Shown here piece by piece: positions 10,059 to 21,038 of a DNA stretch of 64,000 nucleotides. Numbering within the stretch: the first letter of the stretch is position 1; the number at the start of each line of letters is the position of its first letter. The stretch covers positions 2,176,001 to 2,240,000 of the forward strand of contig CAWEEQ010000004.1 of NCBI GenBank assembly GCA_963808235.1, written 5' to 3'. The position numbers and the translations under genes were made by a program. This DNA is from an uncultured delta proteobacterium. Lineage in GTDB: Bacteria; Desulfobacterota; Binatia; Binatales; Binataceae. The notes under the pieces were generated by a model. It made no database searches, was not told where the DNA came from, and saw only the letters and a program-made list of their open reading frames with translations.

Positions 10059-10941
10059 TTATCCGTCCGGCCGAGGACTTCCAGCTCGAAAGGTCTCTGC
10101 CAGTAATTCGTTCAAGCTCCTCGGTTTCAGGGAGCATCATAGCGCGGATCTCCTCAGCCGATTCCCGACTGAGGGGCGGGAAGTCCTCGACGAAGGGCCG
10201 CCGCATGATTTTCCATAGCGCAGTACGCTGGCCGAGTTTTATCAATGGACCCGCGCCATGGCGAGATACCCAATCGACAGCCTCGACGGTGCGACGGGCA
10301 ATCGCGCTGGCGCGGGCGGCCGCGGGGGCCGAATATACCTTCGCAGCTCCGACTCTGGACTGATCCAGCGCAATGCGCCGCGCTCCGATAAAGTCGCAGA
10401 CCCGGTCCAGATAGCCTTGCGGATCCGAACTCAGATCTTCGTAGAACAGCACCAGTACGCGCGGATTTTCCAAACGTCGCTTGCCAGCGCTTGAGGTGAG
10501 TGGCGTAGCTGCACAGATCCGCGCCGCAGTGGATCTGGAAGCGCCAATAGCCGTCGAAGTCATCGATTCACAGGGCGGCGCTCCGATCGAAGCAGCCTAT
10601 AGAGGGAGTAGAGCCGGGCCGCCGGGTCGCGAAAAGTGACAATTATTTTGCAGTCAGGAATGTGGCATTTGATTCTTTCCCGCGCGATCGCATTGGAGAA
10701 ATAGGTGGGACCCATCTCTCCCGCCGGGAACATCGGCCGGATAGTCGCCGAACAGATTGCAGTACCACTCGACTCCGCGGTCGTAGCGGGCATCGAAGAA
10801 TCGGGTTTCCTTTTCACTCGGCAATCCGATGTGGCCCATCAATACCTCGTGCAACCAGGTCGTAGCCGTTCGAGGTGGGCCGACATGGATGAAACTGGGC
10901 AGTCGCGATCCTTTTCCGTTTCGCATTTCCCCTGAAGTCAT
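10018..10941 (-). pseudogene. Second sulfotransferase, split by several frameshifts (pseudogene or consensus error)
   Basis: Successive frames give LPSFIHVGPPRTATTWL, then GEMGPTYFSN..FRDPAARLYSLY, then VLVLFYEDL..ERITGRDLSSWK. The order is colinear with the 9069-10058 paralog. Confidence 0.8.
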
Positions 10942-10954
10942 AGTGTATGGCACA

Positions 10955-12998
10955 TCAATCTATCTTGTAAACGTGAGCCTGAAATGGCGCGTAGGTATCT
11001 TTGAATCGAGAGCCGCCTTGGTCGGGACGCGATTGAACGATTCTCGCCGTCCACTGAGACCGTGTGAGCGGGCCGCCGCAATGTAAAACTAGCATCGACA
11101 CTGTCACCGCTGTGATTGTACGAAATAAGGTAGCGGCTTCCGTCCTTGAGATCCTTCTCCTTGGTAATCACGGTACCGGTCGCCGAATTGGCGGAGAGCA
11201 CGGGGCTGTCGGGCGCGAGCAGCATCGGCTCAAGCGCACTAATTCCCTCGGTCACGTTGACCAACTCATCGTAGCGTTGCTGGCGAAGGACCGGATCGCG
11301 TTTAGGGCCCCAGTCGAGTCCGCGCAGTCCGTATGACCAGTAAAAGACTCCGCGCGCGCCTTCGGTGATCGCCATCCAGCTCATGTCGTGGAGCTCTTGC
11401 TCGGTGGGAAAGTGCGACAGCGAATTCAGCCAGAAAAACTGGATCACCGTCCACACCGGCCGCGCGCCATGAACCGCGCCGACGACCTTTCGAGTCAGAT
11501 CGCCGACATAGCTCTCGGGATAGCGGCTGCCGAGAACATAAGGATCGACTCCGAGTACGTCGACGGTGTCGCGCCAGAACTGGTATTCGTTTGGGATAAT
11601 TTTCTACCGCAAAGGTGATGCTGCCGGGGTCGTATTTGTTTGATCAGGCCGTATTGATGGAACGTCCGCGGCTGCCGCTCGCTGGCGCACTCGTCGCAGG
11701 TGTAATAGCCGACGACGCGCGAATCGTCGGCCAGTCCTTTGGCGTACTGAGCGATCACATCGTCCGCGCTGACGCCCCCGCTTCGGCCCATCGCGGATAT
11801 GCGCGCATCTCCGGAAAAAACGCGCTCACGGTCGCCAGGTAGAAGATGCCGAACGGCTCCATCGCCTCGGTGTAAGGATAGGATAACATCGGCGCGGCCG
11901 TTGGCGAGAAAATAATTAATCATCAGATTGATCGGCGCCTTGGATATCGCCGTCAATCGCGGAGTGATAGAAATCGGGTCTCAGCCCAAAGCCAGTCGTA
12001 TCGTACAGTCCGATCACAAATCGCGGCCGGCCGCCCATGTGAATGATATTGTCCGAATCGATCCACGCCTTCATCGTGGCGCGGGTCGCGCTGCTGACCT
12101 TGACGATCGTGTAGGACGATGGCGTGAAGATTCGCTTGTCGCCGGCCCCTTCCAGAGATCCCTGCAGCCGATATCGTCCGGGCGGCAAGGCTGCCCATGT
12201 CGACGGTCGCGACGCGTCGAGCCATCGGCCGGCGGCGACAGCCGATTGGTCGTAAGCACTTTTCCGCCCGAATCCATCACTTCGAGCACGACGTGAAGCT
12301 GCGCGATGGTTGTATCGGCAGGCGGATTAACATCGATTGCGACTCGTGCCACCTGGCTCTGCGTCGCTGAACATCATTCCGCGATAATTCGGATACAGCA
12401 GATAGGTTTCCAGCGGCGCGGGAATCTCGCGGCCCAGAAAGAATTTTCTGAACCATGACGTTCCAGCGACCGGCCCTACAGTCTCCGCGCGGAAGGAACC
12501 GACGCTGCCGTCGGCGAACGACGGCGTGCGCTTTCACCGACGGTGGTCCAGTCGGTCGTGCCAGCAAGAACCGCCTTGGTCATCGCCCATTTCTTCGCGG
12601 AGGCTTCGAGCAGACGGATTCGGGTGCCGCCGCGCCGCTTTGGCCGGAGTGGTCGTCTGAGTTTTGATTTCAGCCGAGATCGTGTAGAGACCCGGTGGGC
12701 ATTTGAACGCGTTCTCCGCAAAAGGGAACGGCGTGGCGCACGGCTGGTTCAGCTTCAGGCTGGCGATATCGCCACTGCCTTCGAGGTGAAGCAAGCAGGG
12801 TCGACACCGTCCAACCCTGAAGCCCGGCGCGCAAGTCGCCGTTGATCAGAAGATTCGGCCCCAAGGTGTACCCCGTTTCCGGCGCATCGAGGCCTCCCGT
12901 AGCGATGTCATCACCATATCCAGAGCCAGTTGGCGTGATCATCGAGAAGCCTGACGACAGATCAATGCAATAGCCACTCGACTAGTCAGTCTGTGCAT
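10955..12998 (-). pseudogene. Frameshift-fragmented paralog of the 28714-31275 secreted glycoside-hydrolase-like protein
   Basis: Fragments in different frames (NLLINGD, LLYPNYRGMMFSD, MKAWID..FVIGLYDTT, APINLMINY, WTVIQFF..HDMSWMAITEGARGVFYWSYG, PFQAHVYKID*) match the 853-aa protein in order. Confidence 0.78.
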
Positions 12999-13042
12999 AG
13001 CTTGACAGTGCCGAGGTAATACTTTCGAGATCCCATCGTTGA

Positions 13043-13875
13043 TCAGGAAGTGGTAGTGGTTGCGATGAGGAAGAATCGCGCCTCGACCAGCGGCGAGCTG
13101 TTCCGAGAATGGACTAAAGCTATTGAGTTCCGGACTACCCATCCAGAGATGATACCCAAGCCCTTTAAGCGAATCGGTTATGGATTTCACTGATCCGTCG
13201 AATTTTTCAAGTCCGCACCCGACATGCATTTCGAAGAAGCAATCCGGCCGATAACGCGAGAGCGTATCGGCCGCTCCGCGCATAACTTTCGATTCGAATC
13301 CCTCGACGTCCACAAAGAGAACGTCGGGGGGCCCATATCGCCGCGTAAGCTCATCGACGCTGACACTGGGCACGGCGATTTTTCCCCAGGCGCCGCTGCC
13401 GTCGTCAACCTGTCCGTTCGCGCGGCAATTGAATTCAACTGGGTCCGAGGTATCGGACACGGCGGCGTTGATCACATCGAGGTTGCGCGCGTCGTTCAGT
13501 CGGCAATTTCGGATTGCGGCTTCATAGTTGTGCCGGCTCGCCTCGACCGCGACCACCTTTCCGGTCGCGCCGACAAATTTTGCTAGGATCATCGCGATGA
13601 GACATTGAAACGCGCCGCAATCGAACACGGTGGCGCCCGGACGTAGACGATGTTGCGCCAGGAACGACATCTCCGAGCGGAATTTCGGTCGAGTCGCGAT
13701 CGTACCAGCTCTTTGCGGTCGGATCCGAGATCCACAAGTCGAACTGATGGCCCGCTCTCGACCGGCGCACCTGGTAAGGTCGAAAACGGCGAAGTGCCCA
13801 ACGATAGCCCGCCACCCGGATTCGGTTCGCGACGGCCGGTGGAAGCAGCGATTTGGCTGCGCTCCTGATACTCAT
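13043..13875 (-). pseudogene. FkbM-family methyltransferase with frameshifts near 13674 and about 13100
   Basis: VFDCGA, VVAVEAS, INAAVSD and FVDVEGFE motifs. The N-terminal part is in another frame (CCG CTC G GAG ATG, one extra base). The alternative-frame ending EARFFLIA..* stops at 13043. Confidence 0.75.
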
Positions 13876-14048
13876 ACCGGTTGAGCCACTGTCATATTCG
13901 CTGGAAGCTTTGCAAACATCGTGCGGCCATCGCAGCGACTGTCCTAAGAGATCGAGTCGATCAGTATCGGTTCTGATGACAAGGTCAGAGCTTGATCACG
14001 TATAGGACAGAAGCAAGACTGCCGTAGCGCTGACCTGACGCGCCAGGA

Positions 14049-15485
14049 TCAGGCCGTTGTCCCCCTTGATACCCGCCGTCCGACGGCTGCCTTCTTGAGT
14101 ATGGCAGTAACGCGCAAACGGTGGCGGGAGGCCACTCTGTAAAGATCTCGTACACGCCCGCGGATAAGATATACATAGAGGTAGCCGGTGATCTGCAGCA
14201 GCTCCATCTTGCGACGTGATAGATGGTCCAGCTCGACGGCATTACCAATCGTCTTGTTGTAGTCTTCCCAGTCGGTGGAGAGCTTCCTGTATCCGCCCTC
14301 TCCTTTGACCGCCATCTCCCAGATCTCTGTTCCAGGATACGGCACCATGATGCCGAAGGCGGCACTCTTCGCGTTGAGCTCCCCGGCAAACTTGATCGAA
14401 TGCCACGCGGTCCTTACCGTCTCGCCGGGATGCCCGATTATGAAAAACGCCAGGAAGTTAAGTCCCGCTTGATGGAACGCGTCGGCTGCGGCTTTGATCT
14501 TTGCTTTAGTGACGCCTTTATTCATTGCGGCCATGATCTTGTCGTCGCCGCTCTCGACCCCCAGTCCCACCTCGACGCACCCGGCCTGCTTCATGAGTTT
14601 GACGAGTTCGAGGTTGATCGTGTTCGCGTGCACCATCGCAGACCATCGGAGTTTCAATCCGCGGGCAATCACCTCGTTGCAGATATCGGCGACGTGCTTC
14701 CGATTAACCGTGAAGGTCTCATCGTGGAAGGGAAACGTCTCGACGCCATACACCTCTGCATTGCGCTGAATCTCATCTGCGACATGTTTCCCAGTGCGAA
14801 GACGGACCGACTGTCCATATGGACGGCTGCAGAAGTTGCAGGAAAACGGACACCCGCGCGATGACATCACCGGGAGCAGTTTGGCGTATTTCCGAAATCC
14901 TTCCTGATCGTAGAGATGCCAGCCGGCGAAACCGAGTTCGTTCAGGGTCGGGGGAATTGATCCGCGCCCGGCCTCGACGATCTCGCCGTTCGGACGACGG
15001 TACCAGACTCCCGGAATGGTTGGCTGCCTTTCGCCGGCGAGAACGGCGGTGACCAGATCGGCGAACGCAACTTCCCCTTCACCGACTACCAGGTAGTCAA
15101 ATCCGGGAAATTCCTCGATAGTTCGCTTTGGCAGAAAGGATGCGTGAAACCCACCGAGCACCATCACAGTATCGGGCAACTGTTCTCGAACCCTTTGCGC
15201 GATGCGATGCGATGTTCCCACCATATGCGTGAATGCGCTGAACCCAACGATCCTGGGCTTGGCCGCGACGATGCGCTGGACGGTCTGATCCACGCTAAGG
15301 CGCTCCAGCTTGCCGTCAATAAGCAGCGGCCGGATCCCTGAGTGCTGCTCGAGCCAGCCACCGACGTACGCGATGCCAATCGCGGGGAAGTTGGGTCGGT
15401 CATAGACTTCCTCGCGAATGACCGCTGCAGGCGGAAAAACCAACACGACTTCAAAGGTTTTTTCGGAATCTGGCAAACCTGACAT
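14049..15485 (-). CDS. Cobalamin-binding radical SAM protein (class B methyltransferase-like)
   Basis: N-terminal B12-binding domain (IGIAYVGG, VGFS, LGGFHAS, VVGEGE), SRGCPFSCNFC (CxxxCxxC), GVESG and FIIGHPGET. Confidence 0.92.
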   Translation of the reverse strand: MSGLPDSEKTFEVVLVFPPAAVIREEVYDRPNFPAIGIAYVGGWLEQHSGIRPLLIDGKLERLSVDQTVQRIVAAKPRIVGFSAFTHMVGTSHRIAQRVREQLPDTVMVLGGFHASFLPKRTIEEFPGFDYLVVGEGEVAFADLVTAVLAGERQPTIPGVWYRRPNGEIVEAGRGSIPPTLNELGFAGWHLYDQEGFRKYAKLLPVMSSRGCPFSCNFCSRPYGQSVRLRTGKHVADEIQRNAEVYGVETFPFHDETFTVNRKHVADICNEVIARGLKLRWSAMVHANTINLELVKLMKQAGCVEVGLGVESGDDKIMAAMNKGVTKAKIKAAADAFHQAGLNFLAFFIIGHPGETVRTAWHSIKFAGELNAKSAAFGIMVPYPGTEIWEMAVKGEGGYRKLSTDWEDYNKTIGNAVELDHLSRRKMELLQITGYLYVYLIRGRVRDLYRVASRHRLRVTAILKKAAVGRRVSRGTTA

Positions 15486-15626
15486 CAGAATTACTCCCCT
15501 CGATTTCAGCCGGAAATCTGCACTTCCGACCCCCGCCTGAGTCCCCCCTCATAATGCCCAGATTCTGCCGCAACCGCAACCGAAACAGCGAAATTGACCG
15601 CGTAATTCCTGACGTCTACAGCACGT

Positions 15627-15866
15627 TTACTGCGCCTGCGCAGTAATCACTTCAACGATTTTTTCAACGCTCACCATACGTTCGGTCTGATCCGGTGAGA
15701 ATTGGCGGCCGAACTCCTGTTCGAGACTGACCACTATGTTCACTTGGGCCAGCGAATCCCATTCCGGATGTAACTGCGGCGATGATTGCTCGGTAATCGA
15801 TGCAAACGGCAGCGTCGTCATCTCGGCCACAATTCCGCGAACCCGGTCCAGCACCGAATCAGGCAT
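15627..15866 (-). CDS. Acyl carrier protein (DltC/FkbJ-like)
   Basis: 79-aa acidic protein with a WDSL phosphopantetheine motif. It overlaps the fkbH-like gene end. Confidence 0.88.
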   Translation of the reverse strand: MPDSVLDRVRGIVAEMTTLPFASITEQSSPQLHPEWDSLAQVNIVVSLEQEFGRQFSPDQTERMVSVEKIVEVITAQAQ

Positions 15867-17745
15867 GAGAAATCGCTCCTTCAGTCACGCATTCGATCCA
15901 GGTCGGCGATTCCATCTTCAGACTCAGATCGTATTCGTAGAGCAGGCCGGCGTTCTCCTCGCGAACGAGCCGGAAATGACGGTTGGGATAGAAGTCTCTG
16001 GCCGGAGCGTTGCGAGCGGTCGGTACGAACCAGCCTTGCAGCCGGCGCGCGCCGCGCTTGGCGCAATCCGCCGCTACGTGGGATAGAAAGGCGGTCTCGA
16101 TCGTACGTCCCATCGCGCGACAACTCAGCATGAAACTGTCGATCTCACATGCCTGACCGGCTTGGGAACAGATCGCGATTCCGACCAATCCGTAGTCGCC
16201 CAGGCGATCAGACGCCGCTAGCGTGTATACCCTCCAGCCCTCGCGCGAGACCAACTCGGCGATCGTTTGTTCGCTGTATCGCTTGGTCGTGAGGTTGAAC
16301 TGATTCGTCTTCTGAGTAAGTTGAGCGACCCGGCCCAAAGTCTCCGCACGCATCGTTCCAATAGTTACCCGGATGTTAAGAGACCGATAGTAGTCTTCCA
16401 AACTCAAAGCACTGGTCTTGAGTGCGATGCGCTGTTGCTCGGCCTGGTAGTGAGATGTGCGCACCTTGTCTTCCGCGGAAATCGCAAGCCGTTCAAATAC
16501 CGGTGCCTCGCGCAAGGCGGTCGCGTAGCCCGCTGGGTCCGAGGGCAGATCGATTACGTACACTTCGGGCGCAAGCGCGCGGACCTCACCGCGTTCTTTG
16601 GGGTCGTCGTCCACAAACGCGAGTGCGGCGGAGTCGATGTTCAGTTCGACCGCAATCTCACGCAAATTTTGCGCCTTGTTGTTCCAATTGATCCGGGTCG
16701 CGGCAAAATGATGCGGCCGCAGGAGCATCGCCGGATGCCCGCTCAGCATCTCGAGCGCCTCCTGCGGGTTATTCTTGCTGCAGACCGCAAGAATTACCCC
16801 ACGCTTATGCAAATCGAGCACGGTGCGCTGGAATTCCAGGAATGCATTGCCCGGATAGTCGTCGCCGAGTTTTATTCCGCTCGGCCCGTCTTCACCGATA
16901 ATTCCGCCCCACACAGTGTTGTCGAGATCCAGGACCAGCGCCTTGCATATTCGCCCCGCGAGCGGCAGCAGAATACGCATGTACTCCGCGGCGAGAAACG
17001 GCAGCGCATCGGCGCGTAGCGGCAAATGGATGCTCAGCCATTTGGCTTCGTCGTACCATCGCAGACTCCCAAATCTGACCATCGCGGCATCGTAGTCGAA
17101 TACATAGACGCCTGCGTTCTCGGAGCAAATTCGCACTATTTCGCGGTTGATCGTTCGCACCGCGTCCACCTGTCCGACATTCTTCTGGGAGTCAATCACT
17201 CCAGCGCTCGGAAATGGCGGCGCGGCGAAGGTATTCAGCACCACATGGGCCTGACTATGCGACCGGACTGCCTCGATAAACCCCTGCAGTTCGGAGCGCG
17301 TCCGGTCGATAAGACTATCGAAGTCGGAGGAGCCCATCTCGACAGAATTGCTCCACAGCTCCGGCAATACATCGCGCGTCTCGGTCGCGAGCCAGACGAG
17401 GTCGGGCTCGAAGCGATAAAGGGCGCCCGCCGGATCGCGCACCTCTTGCGCGTAAGTGTTGAAACCTCCAACCTGCACGACCAAGTCGAGGCCGTGAGAG
17501 ACCGCTTCGGCGCGAACGAGCGGAACCAGCGGCTCGATCGTGTACGAGCGCAAGATTGCGACTCGCAAGCACGGAAGATCCAAGTCGGTTTTGATGCGTT
17601 CAAATTGCTTGAGGACGAACTGTGCGTTCGAAAGCGTTCTCGAGGAACGATAGAGATCGGACATCAGCCGATGAGCCACAGCATAATTGCGGGACTCGAT
17701 CGCCTCGAGAATCCGCTCGCGATCGGTAGTGACGCTATTGCTCAT
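15859..17745 (-). CDS. fkbH: FkbH-like HAD-IIIC glyceryl-ACP synthase (long form)
   Basis: LDLDNTVWGG, CSKNN, INWNNK, FVDD, QLTQKTNQFNLT, DRLGDYGLVG and MLSCRAMGR motifs, plus an extra N-terminal domain. Confidence 0.92.
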   Translation of the reverse strand: MSNSVTTDRERILEAIESRNYAVAHRLMSDLYRSSRTLSNAQFVLKQFERIKTDLDLPCLRVAILRSYTIEPLVPLVRAEAVSHGLDLVVQVGGFNTYAQEVRDPAGALYRFEPDLVWLATETRDVLPELWSNSVEMGSSDFDSLIDRTRSELQGFIEAVRSHSQAHVVLNTFAAPPFPSAGVIDSQKNVGQVDAVRTINREIVRICSENAGVYVFDYDAAMVRFGSLRWYDEAKWLSIHLPLRADALPFLAAEYMRILLPLAGRICKALVLDLDNTVWGGIIGEDGPSGIKLGDDYPGNAFLEFQRTVLDLHKRGVILAVCSKNNPQEALEMLSGHPAMLLRPHHFAATRINWNNKAQNLREIAVELNIDSAALAFVDDDPKERGEVRALAPEVYVIDLPSDPAGYATALREAPVFERLAISAEDKVRTSHYQAEQQRIALKTSALSLEDYYRSLNIRVTIGTMRAETLGRVAQLTQKTNQFNLTTKRYSEQTIAELVSREGWRVYTLAASDRLGDYGLVGIAICSQAGQACEIDSFMLSCRAMGRTIETAFLSHVAADCAKRGARRLQGWFVPTARNAPARDFYPNRHFRLVREENAGLLYEYDLSLKMESPTWIECVTEGAISHA

Positions 17746-17829
17746 TGGAAGTTGCTCAACAAGCCGTCACCGCACCTGGGAAAAACAACTCACAGTGAGC
17801 CTGTCGGGTAAGCGGTAAACTCAACCGGA

Positions 17830-18345
17830 TCAGCCTTTGTCCCACTCGCCGTGTGCTTTTCCAACCACTCTCGCCGGCGATCCGACAACTACTACTCCGG
17901 CGGGAACGCTCCGAAATACCACAGAACCGGCGCCAACTATCGCGCCGGCGCCGATGCTGACCCCCGGCGCGATGATTGCGCCCGTACAGACATACGAGCG
18001 GGCCCCAAGAGTTACCGGCTTCAGCAAATCGCTTCTCACGTTGTGGCATTCGATGATTACACGCGGCGCAACGCAAACGCGATCTTCGAGCGTAATCATC
18101 TCGGGAAAAACCGGATCGATGAGGCAATCGCGGCCAATAAAATGTCCGCTGCCACGGAATTTCACCCCCATCAGACGATACGCGAGCAGCCGCATCCTGG
18201 CCGGCAACACGCTGACGAAATACGGGACCGTCATGAGAACCAGCCGATGCGCGAGCGAAGACTTCCGAACCGCGCTATATTCCTTCAATCCCATACCGGG
18301 CCGCCACGCATCGTCGCCGGAAGCTCTGCTGTTGGTTTGGTTCAT
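17830..18345 (-). CDS. Left-handed beta-helix (hexapeptide) acyltransferase
   Basis: GAIIAPGVSIGAGAIVGAGSVV..VPAGVVVVGSPARVV. Confidence 0.85.
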   Translation of the reverse strand: MNQTNSRASGDDAWRPGMGLKEYSAVRKSSLAHRLVLMTVPYFVSVLPARMRLLAYRLMGVKFRGSGHFIGRDCLIDPVFPEMITLEDRVCVAPRVIIECHNVRSDLLKPVTLGARSYVCTGAIIAPGVSIGAGAIVGAGSVVFRSVPAGVVVVGSPARVVGKAHGEWDKG

Positions 18346-18455
18346 CAAAAAGAACAACGCGCGTGGTCATCCTGCCAGAGTGATCGCGCGACTCTCAAGA
18401 GCCTTGCCTCCTACGCCCTTGCCGCCGAAGGAATCGCCGGTGTACGTTGCGCCTG

Positions 18456-19265
18456 ATGAGCAGTCCATCGAATCTTGAAACTCCCGCAATCCGGCTTTAT
18501 CTCGATCTCTTGAAACGCTCGTTGACTAATACGCTGTTCGAAACGGAACCCGACGCCGATCAGGACAACGAACTGCGCTTCGTGCACGGCTTCATCCATC
18601 ACTACATCAACGGTTCCGCGGTTTCGATGCTGCCGCTGAAAAGATTCGACCATCTGCAATCCTGCGTCGAAGACGTTCTCGCACATCACATTGCCGGCGA
18701 TCTCATCGAAGCGGGAGTTTGGCGCGGCGGCGCGACCATCTTCATGCGTGCGGCGCTCAAGGCTTACGGCGCAACCGACAGGACCGTATGGGTGGCCGAT
18801 TCCTTCGAAGGGCTGCCGGAGCCCGATGCCGAAAAGTTTCCCCTCGAAGCGAAGGCGCATCAGGGGCCGGTTATGACCAAGACCTACAAGCATCTCGCGG
18901 CAAGTGTCGAGGAGGTTCAGCGAAACTTCCGCGCCTACGGGATGCTCGACGATCAGGTTCGGTTCCTCAAAGGTTGGTTCAAGGACACGCTTCCGAATGC
19001 CCCGATCGAAGCACTCTCGATCATGCGACTGGACGGCGACTTCTACGAATCGACCAGAGACGGACTGGTAAATCTCTATGACAAATTGTCGATCGGCGGA
19101 TACGCGATCATCGACGACTACGGCGAGACTTCGTGGACCTATTGCCGGAAAGCAGTCGATGAATTTCGCCAGGAACGTGGGATCGAGGAGCCGCTGGTCC
19201 GAGTCGACTCGAAGTGCCATTTCTGGCGCAAACTGCGCCACGCACCGAAGCCGCTGCCTGCGTAG
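18456..19265 (+). CDS. TylF/NovP-family O-methyltransferase (copy 2, canonical)
   Basis: GDLIEAGVWRGG, VADSFEGLP, KGWFKDTLP, RLDGDFYEST and IIDDY motifs. Confidence 0.93.
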   Translation: MSSPSNLETPAIRLYLDLLKRSLTNTLFETEPDADQDNELRFVHGFIHHYINGSAVSMLPLKRFDHLQSCVEDVLAHHIAGDLIEAGVWRGGATIFMRAALKAYGATDRTVWVADSFEGLPEPDAEKFPLEAKAHQGPVMTKTYKHLAASVEEVQRNFRAYGMLDDQVRFLKGWFKDTLPNAPIEALSIMRLDGDFYESTRDGLVNLYDKLSIGGYAIIDDYGETSWTYCRKAVDEFRQERGIEEPLVRVDSKCHFWRKLRHAPKPLPA

Positions 19266-19397
19266 GGTTTCTTCCCAGAGATCTGCCGTCCCCAGCGTGG
19301 GATCGAAGCTCCCAATGAAGAAAGCTCTCCGCGAGAATCGCAACTCTGTACGACGCGGCGATTCACGTAGGCACACGTCGGGCATTGCGTGCGCAGT

Positions 19398-19427
19398 TTG
19401 ACAACGAGGTCGTAACACAGGTAAATT
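19398..19427 (+). promoter_or_regulatory. Candidate sigma70 promoter for the priming glycosyltransferase
   Basis: TTGACA-N18-TAAATT about 90 bp upstream of 19520. Confidence 0.4.
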
Positions 19428-19519
19428 CTGTCGAGCTTAGGCGAAGTAGATGTGTAATTGACGCTCTAAGGCTCAATTAGGATGCCGCTGCCCGATAGGA
19501 TGCAGGCGGTGGGGGTGAG

Positions 19520-20953
19520 TTGAATCCGAAAAATACCAGGGAAGTGGCGGAGCGAATTGCCGATGCTATCTGCATTTTCTTCGGCTATTTGATCGCCACA
19601 GAGATCCCGTTCGCTCTGCGCCTGGACAGGATTCAGATAATCCCGCACGGCAGGGCTTCCGCCGCGCAATCTGAGTATTCTGCCCTTTTAATTCTAGCGA
19701 TTTTGTCGTGGCTGACCCTGACTGCATACACAGAAACCTATCGGCCGCACCGCACAGAACGCCTGAATTTCCTGGTCCGTCGCCTGATACAGACGTTGCT
19801 GATCTGGTCTCTGGTGACGGTCGCGGCGATCTTTGCACTGAAATTTGAATATCTGAGCCGGCAATTTATCGCCTATTTCATGGGCGCGTCGATGGTTTTC
19901 ATCTTCATCCGGCAACTAGGAACCACGCTTTTGCTGCGCAACTTGCGCCGCTCAGCGCATAAGTGGCGGACCGCGGTGGTGATTGGCGACGAGGCGACTT
20001 GCGAGCACTTCGCGGGACTTCTGACCGCCACCGATACTATGGGCTATGAGCGGGTAGTCGTTCAGCCGACCAAGCGGGTCCTCAATTCGAACGGCAATGG
20101 GGCGGAACCAGGATACGACTTCGATGCGGCTTCGCTCGCGGAATTTGATGACATCTACCTAATCGGTGCAAACGACGGGGCGGAGTCTCCGGCGGGCGCA
20201 GACGGTGTCCTCACCCTCCTCAAGCGGGGCAAATCCGTGCACATCATACCGAGCCTCCTGGATACCCGGCTGTTTCGCCAGTCGCTCGGCGACGTCGCCG
20301 GCATTCCGGTACTCTCGGTGAGCAAGGGTGAGCTGACACCCTCTCAAGCGGCTCTGAAGCGCACCGTCGATTTCATCCTGTCGACGCTACTGTTGATCGT
20401 TCTATCGCCGGTGATCGGTGTGATCGCGCTCGCAATCAAATTTACCTCGGCGGGACCCGCGCTGTTCCGTCAGAAGCGGCTGGGTCTCAAGGGGGAACCG
20501 TTTACTCTCTATAAGTTCCGCACCATGCATGCTAACGCCGAGCAGATCCTGAAGGACTCGCCGGCGCTTTATGACAAATACCTGAAAAACAACTTCAAGC
20601 TTCCCAAGGGCGAAGATCCGCGCCTCGCTCCGCTCGGGAGATTACTGCGTGCCACCAGCCTCGATGAGCTGCCGCAACTATTCAACGTGTTGATCGGTGA
20701 GATGAGCCTGGTCGGGCCGCGCCCGATCGTGCCCCATGAGGCGGTTCAATACGGCGATCTAGCGATGCTGTTCATGTCCGCCAAACCAGGGCTGACCGGC
20801 CATTGGCAGGTCAGCGGCCGCAGCGAGATCGTGGAGTACCAAAAGCGGGTCGAATTGGACCTCGAATACATCCGGGACCAATCGCTGGGCAAAGACATCG
20901 AGATATTGCTGCGGACTGTTCCGGCAGTGCTGCGGCGCAAGGGCGCCAACTAG
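19520..20953 (+). CDS. Priming undecaprenyl-phosphate sugar phosphotransferase (WcaJ/WbaP family)
   Basis: N-terminal TM helices, then [38 protein letters not shown] and [14 protein letters not shown]. Confidence 0.95.
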   Translation: MNPKNTREVAERIADAICIFFGYLIATEIPFALRLDRIQIIPHGRASAAQSEYSALLILAILSWLTLTAYTETYRPHRTERLNFLVRRLIQTLLIWSLVTVAAIFALKFEYLSRQFIAYFMGASMVFIFIRQLGTTLLLRNLRRSAHKWRTAVVIGDEATCEHFAGLLTATDTMGYERVVVQPTKRVLNSNGNGAEPGYDFDAASLAEFDDIYLIGANDGAESPAGADGVLTLLKRGKSVHIIPSLLDTRLFRQSLGDVAGIPVLSVSKGELTPSQAALKRTVDFILSTLLLIVLSPVIGVIALAIKFTSAGPALFRQKRLGLKGEPFTLYKFRTMHANAEQILKDSPALYDKYLKNNFKLPKGEDPRLAPLGRLLRATSLDELPQLFNVLIGEMSLVGPRPIVPHEAVQYGDLAMLFMSAKPGLTGHWQVSGRSEIVEYQKRVELDLEYIRDQSLGKDIEILLRTVPAVLRRKGAN

Positions 20954-21038
20954 GCGGACTGTCTTCGTCGCGGCGTCAACTCTTTTTCTCAGCTCATTGC
21001 TATGGTACGAGTTCTTTATACGGAGGATTAGAGCAATC

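Noticed and set aside
10018-13875. Programmed frameshifting or phase variation
   Set aside because: There are too many shifts in mixed sequence contexts, with no long homopolymers or slippery heptamers.
15627-17745. PKS/NRPS cluster implied by FkbH plus ACP
   Set aside because: No ketosynthase, adenylation, condensation or FkbI/FkbK-type dehydrogenase gene is in the window, and the context is polysaccharide synthesis.
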